The notes under the pieces: generated by a model
The model's database searches: none
What the model was told of the DNA's origin: nothing
What the model saw: only the letters and a program-made list of their open reading frames with translations
Source of the DNA: a virus
Taxonomy: Duplodnaviria; Caudoviricetes
IMG/VR virus record: IMGVR_UViG_3300032132_000748
DNA length: 64,000 bases
Reading direction: 5' to 3' (one strand)
Position numbers and translations under genes: made by a program
Part shown: one piece after another, positions 18,787-38,008 of the stretch
Layout: each line of letters begins with the position of its first letter
Numbering within the stretch: the first letter of the stretch is position 1

Positions 18787-19055
18787 TGGAAATCAAGATA
18801 GGTAACACCTATAAGCTCTTTATACCCGCAGCAGCTATGAAAATTCTTAGCAAAAGCGCACGCCGTTACCATGAAAAAATAGTATTGGTATTGGATAGAA
18901 ATGAAGCCCTAAAATCTGTCCTAGTATCTATAAATCAAGGTGCTACGGGTATGTGGGTTGAGAGTTACTGGGTATGTCATATAAATGCCGACGGTAACTG
19001 CGGCTGTGACATAGAAATACTAGTCACTAAAGGATGTAAATGTAGTGGAAATTAA
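18786..19055 (+). CDS. small beta-rich (SH3/KOW-like?) protein with C-terminal Cys4 tag
   Basis: ends CGCDIEILVTKGCKCSGN. Confidence 0.7.
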   Translation: MEIKIGNTYKLFIPAAAMKILSKSARRYHEKIVLVLDRNEALKSVLVSINQGATGMWVESYWVCHINADGNCGCDIEILVTKGCKCSGN

Positions 19056-19057
19056 AT

Positions 19058-19576
19058 ATGCTAATTAAATCAAAAGAGTTTTATAAAAAAAATCCCATTT
19101 TCGAATTCCCTAAAGATTTGGACGATCCCTTAATAGATAACTTAAGAAGATACGTGTATCAAGAACAGATTACCTCCACTACAGAAGAGATCAAATGTAG
19201 GTGGATGGTCCCTTTCGAAGATGATAATGGTATCCTTAAGCCTCATTGGTCATCGTCTAGGTGGTATAGAAAACAACCGAACTATAGAGAAGTAAGTAAC
19301 CACTGCTTCTTTTCGGCGTTTCAGTTTTCTCATTTAACGTCCCAAGGTTCAAATAAATTTATAGATCTAGATGGCGACCCTGCATACATGTTCAACGGAG
19401 AGCTTAATGAAATTATTAAAAACAACTATCTTCTTGAAAATGGTTGGATTATAGGAAAATTCGCTTATGTTAAGCGAGGCTCAGAGTTAGGGCTACGCCC
19501 ATACAATCCTAGTAAAGATAAGTTGACCGGAAAAGATCCCTTCGCTAATGTTCAAACATCTGGGTCAACTGCATGA
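19058..19576 (+). CDS. hypothetical protein
   Basis: 172-aa ORF in a coupled run. Confidence 0.7.
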   Translation: MLIKSKEFYKKNPIFEFPKDLDDPLIDNLRRYVYQEQITSTTEEIKCRWMVPFEDDNGILKPHWSSSRWYRKQPNYREVSNHCFFSAFQFSHLTSQGSNKFIDLDGDPAYMFNGELNEIIKNNYLLENGWIIGKFAYVKRGSELGLRPYNPSKDKLTGKDPFANVQTSGSTA

Positions 19577-19908
19577 GAGAGATCTATTGGATTGATGAGT
19601 ATTGGGACAGCTCCATCAAGAAAAAATGGGATGCCATCTTTGCATCTTTAACTAATCCCAGAATAGAATTCTTTAGAACAGATCATGAAAACAAAGATGG
19701 ATGCTCTCACGACACTCTCGATCTTTGCAGAAAGAATTGGTGCTGGCTAACCCAAGATTTATCATCTATGTGTTTCTGGGATTCTCATGGAAGATGTTCT
19801 GGCGCATGCTTTGATCCAGACAATAATATGAGAAAAGATTGCGGATGCCTCTGCCACAAACAGAGAAAGAAAAAGTATCTGTCACCTTTTACAAATGAGT
19901 GGACCTAA
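19573..19908 (+). CDS. Cys-rich hypothetical protein ending KYLSPFTNEWT
   Basis: ATGA overlap; C-terminus shared with the next gene. Confidence 0.65.
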   Translation: MREIYWIDEYWDSSIKKKWDAIFASLTNPRIEFFRTDHENKDGCSHDTLDLCRKNWCWLTQDLSSMCFWDSHGRCSGACFDPDNNMRKDCGCLCHKQRKKKYLSPFTNEWT

Positions 19909-20164
19909 TGGACATATATAGATATGTTTCTGTAGATTTAAATTCTTCAGAAAAAATAATACAAGAAATACTTGCATCATCAATTACACCTATTTTAGAC
20001 AGTGTAGCCTTATTTGACGGTAACGTATTGTCAATAGCTTTTAGGGCTCCGCTCAGCAGTTGTGATCAAACAATTCTCCAGAAGATAGTCGCGGGGTATC
20101 AACCAAACAAAGTTCCTGTAAAAGAAAAATACATATCACCTTTTACAAATGAGTGGACCTAATG
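19882..20164 (+). repeat. 29-bp exact direct repeat flanking one gene
   Basis: TCACCTTTTACAAATGAGTGGACCTAATG at 19882-19910 and 20136-20164. Confidence 0.95.
19908..20162 (+). CDS. stand-alone copy of the EIxASSI domain found in the structural-cluster proteins
   Basis: QEILASSI...LSIAF...LS..DQTIL matches the N-termini of 33043 and 34404. Confidence 0.6.
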   Translation: MDIYRYVSVDLNSSEKIIQEILASSITPILDSVALFDGNVLSIAFRAPLSSCDQTILQKIVAGYQPNKVPVKEKYISPFTNEWT

Positions 20165-20530
20165 AGAGAATTTCCAACCAAGAACGGTAAGATTAACTTC
20201 GTCGATGAGGACGACACTCTTGTTGGGTTTGATAATCAAGCAAGCTGCTGCGAGAATTTTGGTTGGTTCTATTCCAAAGAAGTTCCAGTCAAACTTCCCG
20301 AAGAAAAAATAACTCCTGATCTTGAACCCTACTTTTTTAACAAAGGGTTCTTTGCAGAATGCTCCGATCCAGCTATCTTGGATGATGGAAAAATTGTAAC
20401 CTTCAGGTTAGAAATTAAAAATGATGATCAATATCTATATTTGTCGTTATATAACGCCCATAACGGATACTACTCTCATGGATTTAATTTAGCTGTAGGT
20501 GGAAAAGACCTACGAACAGGATCAATTTAA
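20162..20530 (+). CDS. phage-type hypothetical protein (CCE...NGYY)
   Basis: SCCENFGW and YNAHNGYYSHG motifs. Confidence 0.65.
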   Translation: MREFPTKNGKINFVDEDDTLVGFDNQASCCENFGWFYSKEVPVKLPEEKITPDLEPYFFNKGFFAECSDPAILDDGKIVTFRLEIKNDDQYLYLSLYNAHNGYYSHGFNLAVGGKDLRTGSI

Positions 20531-20967
20531 TGGGAATCGTCAAGGCTATCTACCTCCGACCAGAGCGCCACGCAGAGACTGTTTCGGTAGAGTCCGCGAA
20601 AGCAATTGTTGGCACAGGATTAGAGGGCGACCATTTTAAGAAGAAAAACGGATGTCGCCAAATTACCATAATGGCTCAAGCAGATTGGGACGCCGTCTGT
20701 AAAGATTTGGGTGAAGATTTGGATCCTATGACACGCCGTGCCAATTTATTAATTAACAATACTATATTAAAAAACACAACAGGTAAGATTTTACAAATAG
20801 GGGAAGTCGAGATTCAAATCGAAGGAGAGACCACACCCTGTAGAATTATGGATGAGGCCCATGACGGACTAAAGGCCGCATTAACTACTGAATGGCGTGG
20901 AGGAGTTTACGGAAAAATTATTACTACCGGTATAATAAGAATTGGAAACAAAGTGTCATTCAAATGA
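20530..20967 (+). CDS. MOSC domain protein (putative sulfur carrier)
   Basis: GLEGD, RQITI, RRANL, PC..M, RGG...G.I.IG motifs. Confidence 0.88.
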   Translation: MGIVKAIYLRPERHAETVSVESAKAIVGTGLEGDHFKKKNGCRQITIMAQADWDAVCKDLGEDLDPMTRRANLLINNTILKNTTGKILQIGEVEIQIEGETTPCRIMDEAHDGLKAALTTEWRGGVYGKIITTGIIRIGNKVSFK

Positions 20968-21452
20968 AAATAATACACGGAAATCTGATGGATGCAACAG
21001 AGACATATATTTGCCATCAGTGTAATTGCCTCACTAATAGATCTAAACATCTAGCTTCAACCGTTTTTAAAAAATTTCCATATGCCGATGTCTACACCAA
21101 ACGCCAAGAACCATCTCTTCCAGGCACAATAGAAATTCGGGGGGATAAGACTAAAGATCAAAGATCGGTTATAGCGATGTTTGCTCAGTATTATCCGGGA
21201 AAGGCTAAGTATCCTACCTCTAAAAAAGACGGAACCCAGGCACGCCTCGATTATTTTAAATCTTGTTTGGAGAAGATGAAAAATCTTAAAGGAAGTTTTG
21301 CTTTTCCTGCAGGAATTGGCTGTGGAGCTGCCGGTGGTGATTGGGAAAATTATTATGCTACCATAATTAGTTTTTCCGAAAAGTATTCGAAGAAAGTTAC
21401 TATATACAGCTTAGCTCCACTTAAACAACCAGAAAGCCCCAAACTTTTTTAG
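20964..21452 (+). CDS. macrodomain (ADP-ribose binding/hydrolase)
   Basis: GNL...ICHQCNC, MFAQY, AFP.GIGCGAAGGDW; ATGA overlap gives start 20964. Confidence 0.85.
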   Translation: MKIIHGNLMDATETYICHQCNCLTNRSKHLASTVFKKFPYADVYTKRQEPSLPGTIEIRGDKTKDQRSVIAMFAQYYPGKAKYPTSKKDGTQARLDYFKSCLEKMKNLKGSFAFPAGIGCGAAGGDWENYYATIISFSEKYSKKVTIYSLAPLKQPESPKLF

Positions 21453-21491
21453 AAGGTTTAAAAATAGTTTTTAGATAGTAATATAGTAGGT

Positions 21492-22127
21492 ATGAGTGAC
21501 ATACCTAGCGAAGATTACATCCATAAAATGTACCAACAGATGCAACGACAACGCGCAAATGACGTTGTCCGCATGAGGGATCAGGTTTTAAGTTCTGATC
21601 CTTCTCTTTTACCGGAAGTGCGTAGACAGGCATTCCATGCAAATCCTGCCAGAGCAAATGAGCCATCCTTCAGATCCCAGTTTTTCAATTGTGGAGAAGG
21701 TTTAAAGGTTGTAGAGTCGGGAGCTACCACCGTTTTAGCTATTAAAACCGTTCCCGGACAGCACTCTGGGGTCCTAACCGGATTTTCTCAATATTTTGGC
21801 GGATGTGATGGGGCCAACGAAGATGCTATACAAAATAGTATTACGTGGTCCCTAAGAATTAACGGTTATCCTCCGCAGGGATTTATGGACTTTGTAGGAG
21901 AATATAGCACTTTACTATTCCCCCATCAAATATACTTCCCTTTGACAGGTGGTGCTTCTACTTTATCTACTACCTCTACTTCAATTGGAGGCTCAGCACC
22001 AGATGATCTTGCTACGGTAACCTTCAGTGCCACAAATCACTGGAAAACTTCTGTTGTTTTGCAAGGCAGAGTCGTAGGTTACACCTTCCCACTTGCGGAA
22101 AGAAACGACGAATTCTCTAATATATAG
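21492..22127 (+). CDS. beta-sandwich protein, possible minor capsid/vertex component
   Basis: TVP.Q..GVL.GFSQ...ITWSLRING...GRVVGYTFP beta pattern; precedes the structural block. Confidence 0.45.
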   Translation: MSDIPSEDYIHKMYQQMQRQRANDVVRMRDQVLSSDPSLLPEVRRQAFHANPARANEPSFRSQFFNCGEGLKVVESGATTVLAIKTVPGQHSGVLTGFSQYFGGCDGANEDAIQNSITWSLRINGYPPQGFMDFVGEYSTLLFPHQIYFPLTGGASTLSTTSTSIGGSAPDDLATVTFSATNHWKTSVVLQGRVVGYTFPLAERNDEFSNI

Positions 22128-22219
22128 TTAATGAATACCAAAGCAGTTTTAGCTCTGTAATTAGTTGAATAATGGACCAAGTCTCCATCATTCTGTTATA
22201 ATTACGATGGAGTATATCT

Positions 22220-23016
22220 TTGGTTGACGTAGCCGTATTTAATAATTCTGGGGCCGCTATTCTGACCGGACAAGTTGTTCGTCAGACTGGGTTTGTACAA
22301 CCACAGCAATTGCCGTCCATAGCATTAGCTTCGGCTGCTGTAGTAACAACAGCAACAGTATTCGGTATTGCTACAGAAGTTATTGCAAATAATACTGCCG
22401 GACAGGTTAGAGTCTCTGGATCTTACGGCCCTCTCGACACGTCAACATTTATTGTTGGGGCCAAAGTTTTCCTATCGGATACTCCCGGAGAAATATCCTC
22501 CACACCTGGAACGATTGAATCCGCCATAGGTAACGTTGAGGTAGCAGCTCTTGCGGGCTGTGTCTATATTACATGTATTGCCCCTACTGCGTCCTGTAGC
22601 ACAAGTTCTGGTACTGGAGACGATGGAGCTACTGGCCTACAAGGAGTGACCGGTATTGGAACTGCAGGTAGCGGCGTTGACCAGCTACATATGAATGTTC
22701 TCGGCCCTCTCGAAGCTATACCATCTCTACCTTTTGTCGAAGTAGGTCCTGAAATTTCAGGAACCGCTAATACTTTCGTTATATGGAGAGGAAGAAGACT
22801 GACTCCTGGAACTGCCGGAACAACTACAATACAACTAGAACTAAATGATGTTCCTGTTGTAGGAGCAATCCTTTCATGGACCCCCGCCGATGCAGCCTCC
22901 GCTCTCATGACTGTTGGAATAGCTTTGGTTGTTGCAGTAGGGGATAAAATTAGCTTTAGAATTACATCATTCGAGACAGGTGGGACTAGAGACATAATTA
23001 CGGAGATTAACTCCTA

Positions 23017-23017
<1 letters not shown>
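22220..23017 (+). CDS. structural protein with a short collagen-like linker
   Basis: beta-rich domains either side of [10 protein letters not shown]; TAATG coupled to the fibre gene. Confidence 0.65.
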
Positions 23018-32235
<9,218 letters not shown>

Positions 32236-32239
32236 AATA

Positions 32240-33040
32240 ATGCCGACAATAACAATATTGACAAACGCTAGCCAAGGAACTGATGTTCTTATTAGAGATT
32301 TAGGGATCGTAATTCCTGCTAGTGGAGGCTCTGAAACATTTACAGATAGAAATAATATCATTAAATGCAGTAGCTCAAGAAATCTACTAACCCTTGCTAC
32401 CGATGATGCTCACGGAGCAGGTAGCTCTACTCTTATATTGAATGATGGTGGTGGAAATATCGCTCAAGCCGACGCAGCAGAATTTTTAGACGCAATGCCA
32501 GCAGAGTATGTTGCATCTAACATAGGAACGGCCGGAGTTGGAGTTTTTGCTCAAAAAAATATAGGAACGTTTGAGTTTAAGAACGTTAATATTGGCTCAT
32601 CCCAGATGACCATATCTGACGATACAGGAAATGATGAAATAGACTTAGACGTTGATGGCGGCCAAATAACTGATGTTGGAGCTTTCTCTTCGGCGGCTTC
32701 AGCAGTTTCTGGGGGAGTTATAACAACAACCTCAAATACGGATGTCTTAATGACCGGAATGACAACTACACCTGGGGCGGGCACCTACTATGTAATAGTA
32801 TCGGGATCAGGGTTTATGAACTCTAACAACAAGAGCTTTTTTGTAACTATTTACTTTAATGGGGTAGCAGATGCTACCTCTATTAGAGAATCTGAAGCCT
32901 TGGACGCACTACCTTTCCTTTCGGTAGGTGTTGGGACAGTTGCAGCCGGTCAAACAATAGAAGCCAGATGGAGGGTTGATAACGGAACAGGATCTGTACT
33001 TCAAAACAGAAGTCTTGTTTGCGTAAAATTAACTAGCTAA
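32240..33040 (+). CDS. structural/fibre-associated protein
   Basis: Gly/Thr/Ser-rich; C-terminal beta domain similar to that of 33762. Confidence 0.7.
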   Translation: MPTITILTNASQGTDVLIRDLGIVIPASGGSETFTDRNNIIKCSSSRNLLTLATDDAHGAGSSTLILNDGGGNIAQADAAEFLDAMPAEYVASNIGTAGVGVFAQKNIGTFEFKNVNIGSSQMTISDDTGNDEIDLDVDGGQITDVGAFSSAASAVSGGVITTTSNTDVLMTGMTTTPGAGTYYVIVSGSGFMNSNNKSFFVTIYFNGVADATSIRESEALDALPFLSVGVGTVAAGQTIEARWRVDNGTGSVLQNRSLVCVKLTS

Positions 33041-33042
33041 TT

Positions 33043-33759
33043 ATGACAACTATATATTCATATGACATAACAAATGATCTTCCTGGCGGAAAAGTAAATA
33101 CTTCTACCCTCTTAGAGGAGATACAAGCGTCGTCTATTGTTACAACACTAGAAAATATTAGCACAAGTGGAGGAACATCAGAAGACGGGTTGATAACAGG
33201 GGGGACCCTAGATTTACATTTTGCGTCTGATCTCACGGCCCCCGAGAAAACCACCTTAGACGGAGATACAGCTAATCCAGCAGGAGGTTTGTTAGCAACA
33301 ACTACCCCCAAACCCACTACACAAGGTAATATCTTTTATGGTTATGACTCTTTAGGGGGCCAAACTTTTACTTCAGCGTCAATTACACTAAATATTGATC
33401 TAGAAACGATAAGTGACGCGTCAATGATTACACTATCTAATGATGTGATCACTTTTCATAAAAGCGGGACCTTTTTCGTTATTTCTAATATATCTATAGG
33501 CCAAACGTCAAACTCTAGAACTGAGTGGCGTGGGTACATGGAGATAGACGCAGGATCTGGATTTTCAGAAGTAATCGGTACACGAGCAGCAGGTTACTCC
33601 AGAAATGGGGCACAAGACGGGTCTACTGGATCTATTTCAACCGTATTAGACATAGAAGCAAATTCTGAATTTAGGGTAAGAGTAATGAGAGAGTCTGGTT
33701 CAGGAACTCTCAGCACTATCCAATACGGATCTAGATTGGTTATAGTAAAATTGAGGTAA
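33043..33759 (+). CDS. structural protein: EIQASSI domain plus C1q/TNF-like beta domain
   Basis: N-terminus paralogous to 34404. Confidence 0.65.
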   Translation: MTTIYSYDITNDLPGGKVNTSTLLEEIQASSIVTTLENISTSGGTSEDGLITGGTLDLHFASDLTAPEKTTLDGDTANPAGGLLATTTPKPTTQGNIFYGYDSLGGQTFTSASITLNIDLETISDASMITLSNDVITFHKSGTFFVISNISIGQTSNSRTEWRGYMEIDAGSGFSEVIGTRAAGYSRNGAQDGSTGSISTVLDIEANSEFRVRVMRESGSGTLSTIQYGSRLVIVKLR

Positions 33760-33761
33760 AC

Positions 33762-34340
33762 ATGACATATAAAAAAACTTATATAATCTCTACAGAAACA
33801 GCCAACGGAGTAGTTAGCAACACTACCCTACACGATGAAATCGAAGTTTTAGGTCTTACCGACTTCATTGGAGTTAGACCAGAAGGTCCAGATCAAATAG
33901 TAATTGAATTTGAAAATACTATTTCTGCCGGAGAATTAACGTCACTTAGTAATACGTTAGCGGGTCATGAAGGGGTAGATATACAAGTTCCTAGTCATGT
34001 AGAAGAAGAGGGAGATATAACCACTACAAGTAAATCATTTGTTATGGTTTCTGGGATGGCAATTACTCCGTATGCCGGTGATTATTTAGTTTATTTTTCT
34101 GGACAGATAAGCAACTCTTCAAAAAAGAAAACAACAAGTATGGCAATATTTGTCGATAATACAGCTCACTCTCAGTCAGAAAAGACGTTTAAAACCAAAT
34201 CAAATGGGGACGGAGCAACTTTTACTTGCATAGCAAAAATATCTGTTGATGGGAGTCAAATAGTAGAGGGAAGATGGGGAGTAACTGGAGGCACAGCAAC
34301 TATGCATGGAGGCAGACTCTTGAGTTTGGTGGAGGTATAG
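33762..34340 (+). CDS. structural protein (mosaic paralog)
   Basis: N-half resembles 33043/34404; C-half (GM.ITP.AG.Y.V..SG...RW.V..GT) resembles 32240. Confidence 0.65.
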   Translation: MTYKKTYIISTETANGVVSNTTLHDEIEVLGLTDFIGVRPEGPDQIVIEFENTISAGELTSLSNTLAGHEGVDIQVPSHVEEEGDITTTSKSFVMVSGMAITPYAGDYLVYFSGQISNSSKKKTTSMAIFVDNTAHSQSEKTFKTKSNGDGATFTCIAKISVDGSQIVEGRWGVTGGTATMHGGRLLSLVEV

Positions 34341-34403
34341 ATGGAGACTAATCAATCAACGAAAGAACTTGCTGCTATGGTCATAATAAGGTTATAATAC
34401 ATT

Positions 34404-35543
34404 ATGCCAACAGCTACTAAATATACATACTCAAAAGCTAGTGATTTCCCTGGCGGCGTTGTAAATACTACAAATCTCTCTGATGAGATACAGGCGTCGT
34501 CTATTGTTACAGCTCTTGATCGTATTGATACCGCAGGAGATGTAATTGATATTTGGTTCAAAGATGCACTATCTACAGCAGATAAAACCACACTAGACGC
34601 TGATACATCAGGACCTGCGGGGGGCCTAATTGCCGGGCATGACGGAGCACCTCTGGTAGAAGAAGCTACCCATGTAATTCTGGACCACAAACTAACCGGA
34701 GATAACCGTCTCCGTGTAGCTATGGAAAAATCTGACTCCACTGCATTTGATGCCTACTCCCACAACTGGGCCGATCCAACTACTTGGTATTTAAGTTCTG
34801 TTAGGGTAGTCGAGGAAGTAGCTACGGATTCCGGTGATCATATCACATACAACTTAGCAAATATAAATATCATTGATATGTATCATGGAAAATTAACAGG
34901 AGAAGATGATCTTCTCGACGCATCTTCTAATAGTTATCGAGTAACTGTCACCATAGACGATGTAGCTAAGACCGAACAAGACCCCCATTATGGGACCGGA
35001 GGAGATTATACTGTAGAATATGAAACAGGAAATATAGTAATGACTACCGCCTTAGCTGGATCTGAAGTAGTTAAAGTAACATATCACTATGCTACGGATA
35101 GTAAGTTTAAGATAATCCCAAATCCCGGAGAGAAAATAATCATTGAAGTTGCTGAAGTTCAGTTTGCTGATGATGTAGAGATAACAGATACTGTCGTGTT
35201 TCAAACATTCGGCTATGTTGACGTATTTGCTCCCCAATATTTAACAACAAATGGAGGCCCATACCCTCCCGGAACTAAAATACCGATTAGAACTTTTAAG
35301 TATAAGACGATGAGAGATTATCAAAACGCGGCCTTTAAGTCCTATCCCACTTGTCCTGCAATGGGGGGTGTTGATTGGAGAGGAATGCCTCGATCAGTTA
35401 TCGTTTTTGATTGGGATTATCAAAGAGGTATGACTTTACTTAGTTCTTACGGTATGGAAAGCCACCTATATCTAGAGCATGATGTTCCTTTTGGTGGTTC
35501 ATGGGCAACTGCAACCCTTTATTGTGGAATTGATACGGAGTAA
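34404..35543 (+). CDS. structural protein with N-terminal EIQASSI domain
   Basis: paralogous N-terminus; beta-rich. Confidence 0.7.
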   Translation: MPTATKYTYSKASDFPGGVVNTTNLSDEIQASSIVTALDRIDTAGDVIDIWFKDALSTADKTTLDADTSGPAGGLIAGHDGAPLVEEATHVILDHKLTGDNRLRVAMEKSDSTAFDAYSHNWADPTTWYLSSVRVVEEVATDSGDHITYNLANINIIDMYHGKLTGEDDLLDASSNSYRVTVTIDDVAKTEQDPHYGTGGDYTVEYETGNIVMTTALAGSEVVKVTYHYATDSKFKIIPNPGEKIIIEVAEVQFADDVEITDTVVFQTFGYVDVFAPQYLTTNGGPYPPGTKIPIRTFKYKTMRDYQNAAFKSYPTCPAMGGVDWRGMPRSVIVFDWDYQRGMTLLSSYGMESHLYLEHDVPFGGSWATATLYCGIDTE

Positions 35544-35545
35544 TA

Positions 35546-36298
35546 ATGGCATTTTTCTCAGCACCCTTAGACTTCTTCCTACAGATTAGAAAGAAAAAAA
35601 TAATGGGACACACACCTAAATCTTTAGGTGGTCTAAATCCAAGCACAGGAACCTCTTGGGAAACTATCTGGCCTGTAGGCGGGGTAATTACTTATCCGAG
35701 TTCATCCACACAACTAACTCTATCCAGCGACCATGCTGATGATACTAGTGCAGGAACAGGAGCACAAACAGCAAAAATTTCTGGATTAGATGATGAATTT
35801 AATGAAATATCTGAGGAGATTACTTTAAACGGTCAGACAGGAGTAACAACAGTTAACTCCTACTATCGAGTAAATAGTGTTTACTGTATGACAGCAGGAA
35901 GTAACGGCAGTAATAAAGGAAATGTTTACGCAGGAGAAGGAACTATAACAGCCGGAGTGCCTGCTACACCATATTGGTGTGTTCAAGCAGGAACTAATAG
36001 ATCAGGAACGGCCAGTTACACTGTGCCTATAGGTATGACACTATATATGATGAACTTAGAGCTTTCAAATACAAGCCTTACATCTGTAGCGTGTTTTAAA
36101 TTTGCTAAAACCTCTCCCGGAGGAATTCTTATGTCCTCAAATGTTTTTGCTTGTGCAAGCAATAGAGGTAAGGAACTTAGATCAGCGCCCGGTTTTGGGC
36201 CAGGAACAGATATCCAATTTATGAGTAAAGTTGATTCAGGGACTAGCACTAATTCTATATACGTCGAAACTATTTTAGTAGATAATAGGTCCGGCTAG
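35546..36298 (+). CDS. phage structural-type beta-sandwich protein
   Basis: SS...D...GTGA....I.GLD...EISE.ITLNG motif; last gene of the block. Confidence 0.65.
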   Translation: MAFFSAPLDFFLQIRKKKIMGHTPKSLGGLNPSTGTSWETIWPVGGVITYPSSSTQLTLSSDHADDTSAGTGAQTAKISGLDDEFNEISEEITLNGQTGVTTVNSYYRVNSVYCMTAGSNGSNKGNVYAGEGTITAGVPATPYWCVQAGTNRSGTASYTVPIGMTLYMMNLELSNTSLTSVACFKFAKTSPGGILMSSNVFACASNRGKELRSAPGFGPGTDIQFMSKVDSGTSTNSIYVETILVDNRSG

Positions 36299-36401
36299 CT
36301 TCCAAAATAAAAGCTCTTTTGGGCTTCTAATCGTTGAAAATATAAAACCTCTTGCTAAACTACATTTCGACTTGATAAGATACCCCCCAGAAGGGGTTTA
36401 A

Positions 36402-36932
36402 ATGGCCAAAAATAAAACACAACCAAAAATCGAAGCCTTCTTGCAGGAAATGACCGCCGTATGCCAAAAATATGGCATGTGCGTAGACGCCAATGGTGGC
36501 GGTGGTCGTCGTGGCGAGGGGCAGGACCGAGGGGAAGCACGCTTTAACGAGGGGTGCCCTTTAGTTCTTTATACACAATCAGGTGAAGGACCCAATTATC
36601 GCAAGGTTGGGTATCTTTGGTATTCCTTTTTAGGGGCAGCAGAAAATCTTACCTATAACTTTGACCCAAAAAGAGGGACTCCGTATAAGGAAATTGTTAT
36701 TCCTGAGCCGGTAGAGGACCTGGATCAATTAGAAGAGATTAAAGCTGCAACACCCCTTAAACCAGAGAAAGCTAAAAAACCTGAAAAAGTTGAAATACCA
36801 CCTAAGCCTATTCTAGATGAGATGGCTGGTGATAAAAAAGAGAAAGCTGTTCAACTACCCGCCAGTGCCTTAGCTAAGGCAATCTTTAAAGCCAAAGAAT
36901 GGCAAAAAGATAACAATATTAAGGATTCTTGA
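36402..36932 (+). CDS. hypothetical protein
   Basis: own promoter and RBS; Lys/Glu/Pro-rich C-half. Confidence 0.7.
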   Translation: MAKNKTQPKIEAFLQEMTAVCQKYGMCVDANGGGGRRGEGQDRGEARFNEGCPLVLYTQSGEGPNYRKVGYLWYSFLGAAENLTYNFDPKRGTPYKEIVIPEPVEDLDQLEEIKAATPLKPEKAKKPEKVEIPPKPILDEMAGDKKEKAVQLPASALAKAIFKAKEWQKDNNIKDS

Positions 36933-37204
36933 TGAAGAAAATAATTCATGTTAATCAGTTCCATATTAAATACAACCTAAAACATGAAGACAAGAAACCT
37001 ATCTTCACCGTAAAGGAAGGTAAAAAAAATACCTATTGCACCCGAGTTTTCATAGATGGGCCTAGTGTTTTAATCTATGCAGATGACGGAACCGAAGATC
37101 GGAAAAAACTGGGATGCGGGGCTAGAGCTTGGATAGAAACTGAAAGTCCTGTAAGAATGGAAAACCCAACCACTTTTCAAGAATTAAAAGCGTGTTTCAC
37201 TTAA
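36929..37204 (+). CDS. phage-type hypothetical protein
   Basis: IHVNQ..I...TVK.G..N.Y....I.GPS...CGAR.WIET motif. Confidence 0.75.
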   Translation: MMKKIIHVNQFHIKYNLKHEDKKPIFTVKEGKKNTYCTRVFIDGPSVLIYADDGTEDRKKLGCGARAWIETESPVRMENPTTFQELKACFT

Positions 37205-37968
37205 ATCTTAATAAAGAACCTGAACCACCTCTCGACCCAACCAATCGATATACCTGGATGCAGAAAGAGCAATATGCTCATTTAGCGAGCCAGGTCTGGG
37301 ATAATGAATACTCCCCTGAGGGAGAGCTGCTGTTCAATAGGATCGAAGGACGTTTCAAGCAACACTGTGATTGGGAGGGCTATGAAAAATTTTTCAAAAA
37401 CATCGAAGACACTTCAGATAAAACTGCCTTAGATTTTGGTTGTGGTTTAGGGAGAAATATTCTCTGTTACCACAACAGGTTCAAACAATTAGATGGAGTT
37501 GATCTCTGTGCCTCTCTTTTAGAGCAAACTGCTGTTACTCTTAAAAGAAAGGATATCAATAATTGTAAATTAATGCTTTGTAATGGGATTGATTTATCTG
37601 AGATACCTGATAACTCCTATGATCTGATTCTAAGTTCTCGATGTCTACAGCATATATGTGTCTATTCCATTAGATACAACTATCTAGAAGAATTTTACAG
37701 AGTATTAAAACCCGGAGGAAAAATATCTATTCAGATGTCTTATGGTAAGGGCAAACTAAATCAAGTGGGTTACTACAGAAACCACTGGAACGCTAGCGGA
37801 ACCGGAGGGGTTTGGGACGTCTGCATTAAAAATCCTATTTATATCAAGAAGGATCTTAAAACCTTCATCGGATTTAAAAATTTTGAGTTCGATGTAGTCC
37901 TCGCGCCTCCTTATGGGATGGCCGACGATAGACTATACATTTTCTTCCGAGCAGAAAAACCAGAATAG
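37192..37968 (+). CDS. class I SAM-dependent methyltransferase
   Basis: LDFGCGLGR, GVD, YDLI, RVLKPGG. Confidence 0.9.
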   Translation: MFHLNLNKEPEPPLDPTNRYTWMQKEQYAHLASQVWDNEYSPEGELLFNRIEGRFKQHCDWEGYEKFFKNIEDTSDKTALDFGCGLGRNILCYHNRFKQLDGVDLCASLLEQTAVTLKRKDINNCKLMLCNGIDLSEIPDNSYDLILSSRCLQHICVYSIRYNYLEEFYRVLKPGGKISIQMSYGKGKLNQVGYYRNHWNASGTGGVWDVCIKNPIYIKKDLKTFIGFKNFEFDVVLAPPYGMADDRLYIFFRAEKPE

Positions 37969-37973
37969 GTACC

Positions 37974-38008
37974 TTGTACTAAATCATTGTCTGTGATACC
38001 ATACTTTT
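37974..38008 (+). promoter_or_regulatory. sigma70-type promoter, leaderless
   Basis: TTGTAC-17nt-TACCAT (with TG extension)-6nt-ATG. Confidence 0.7.
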
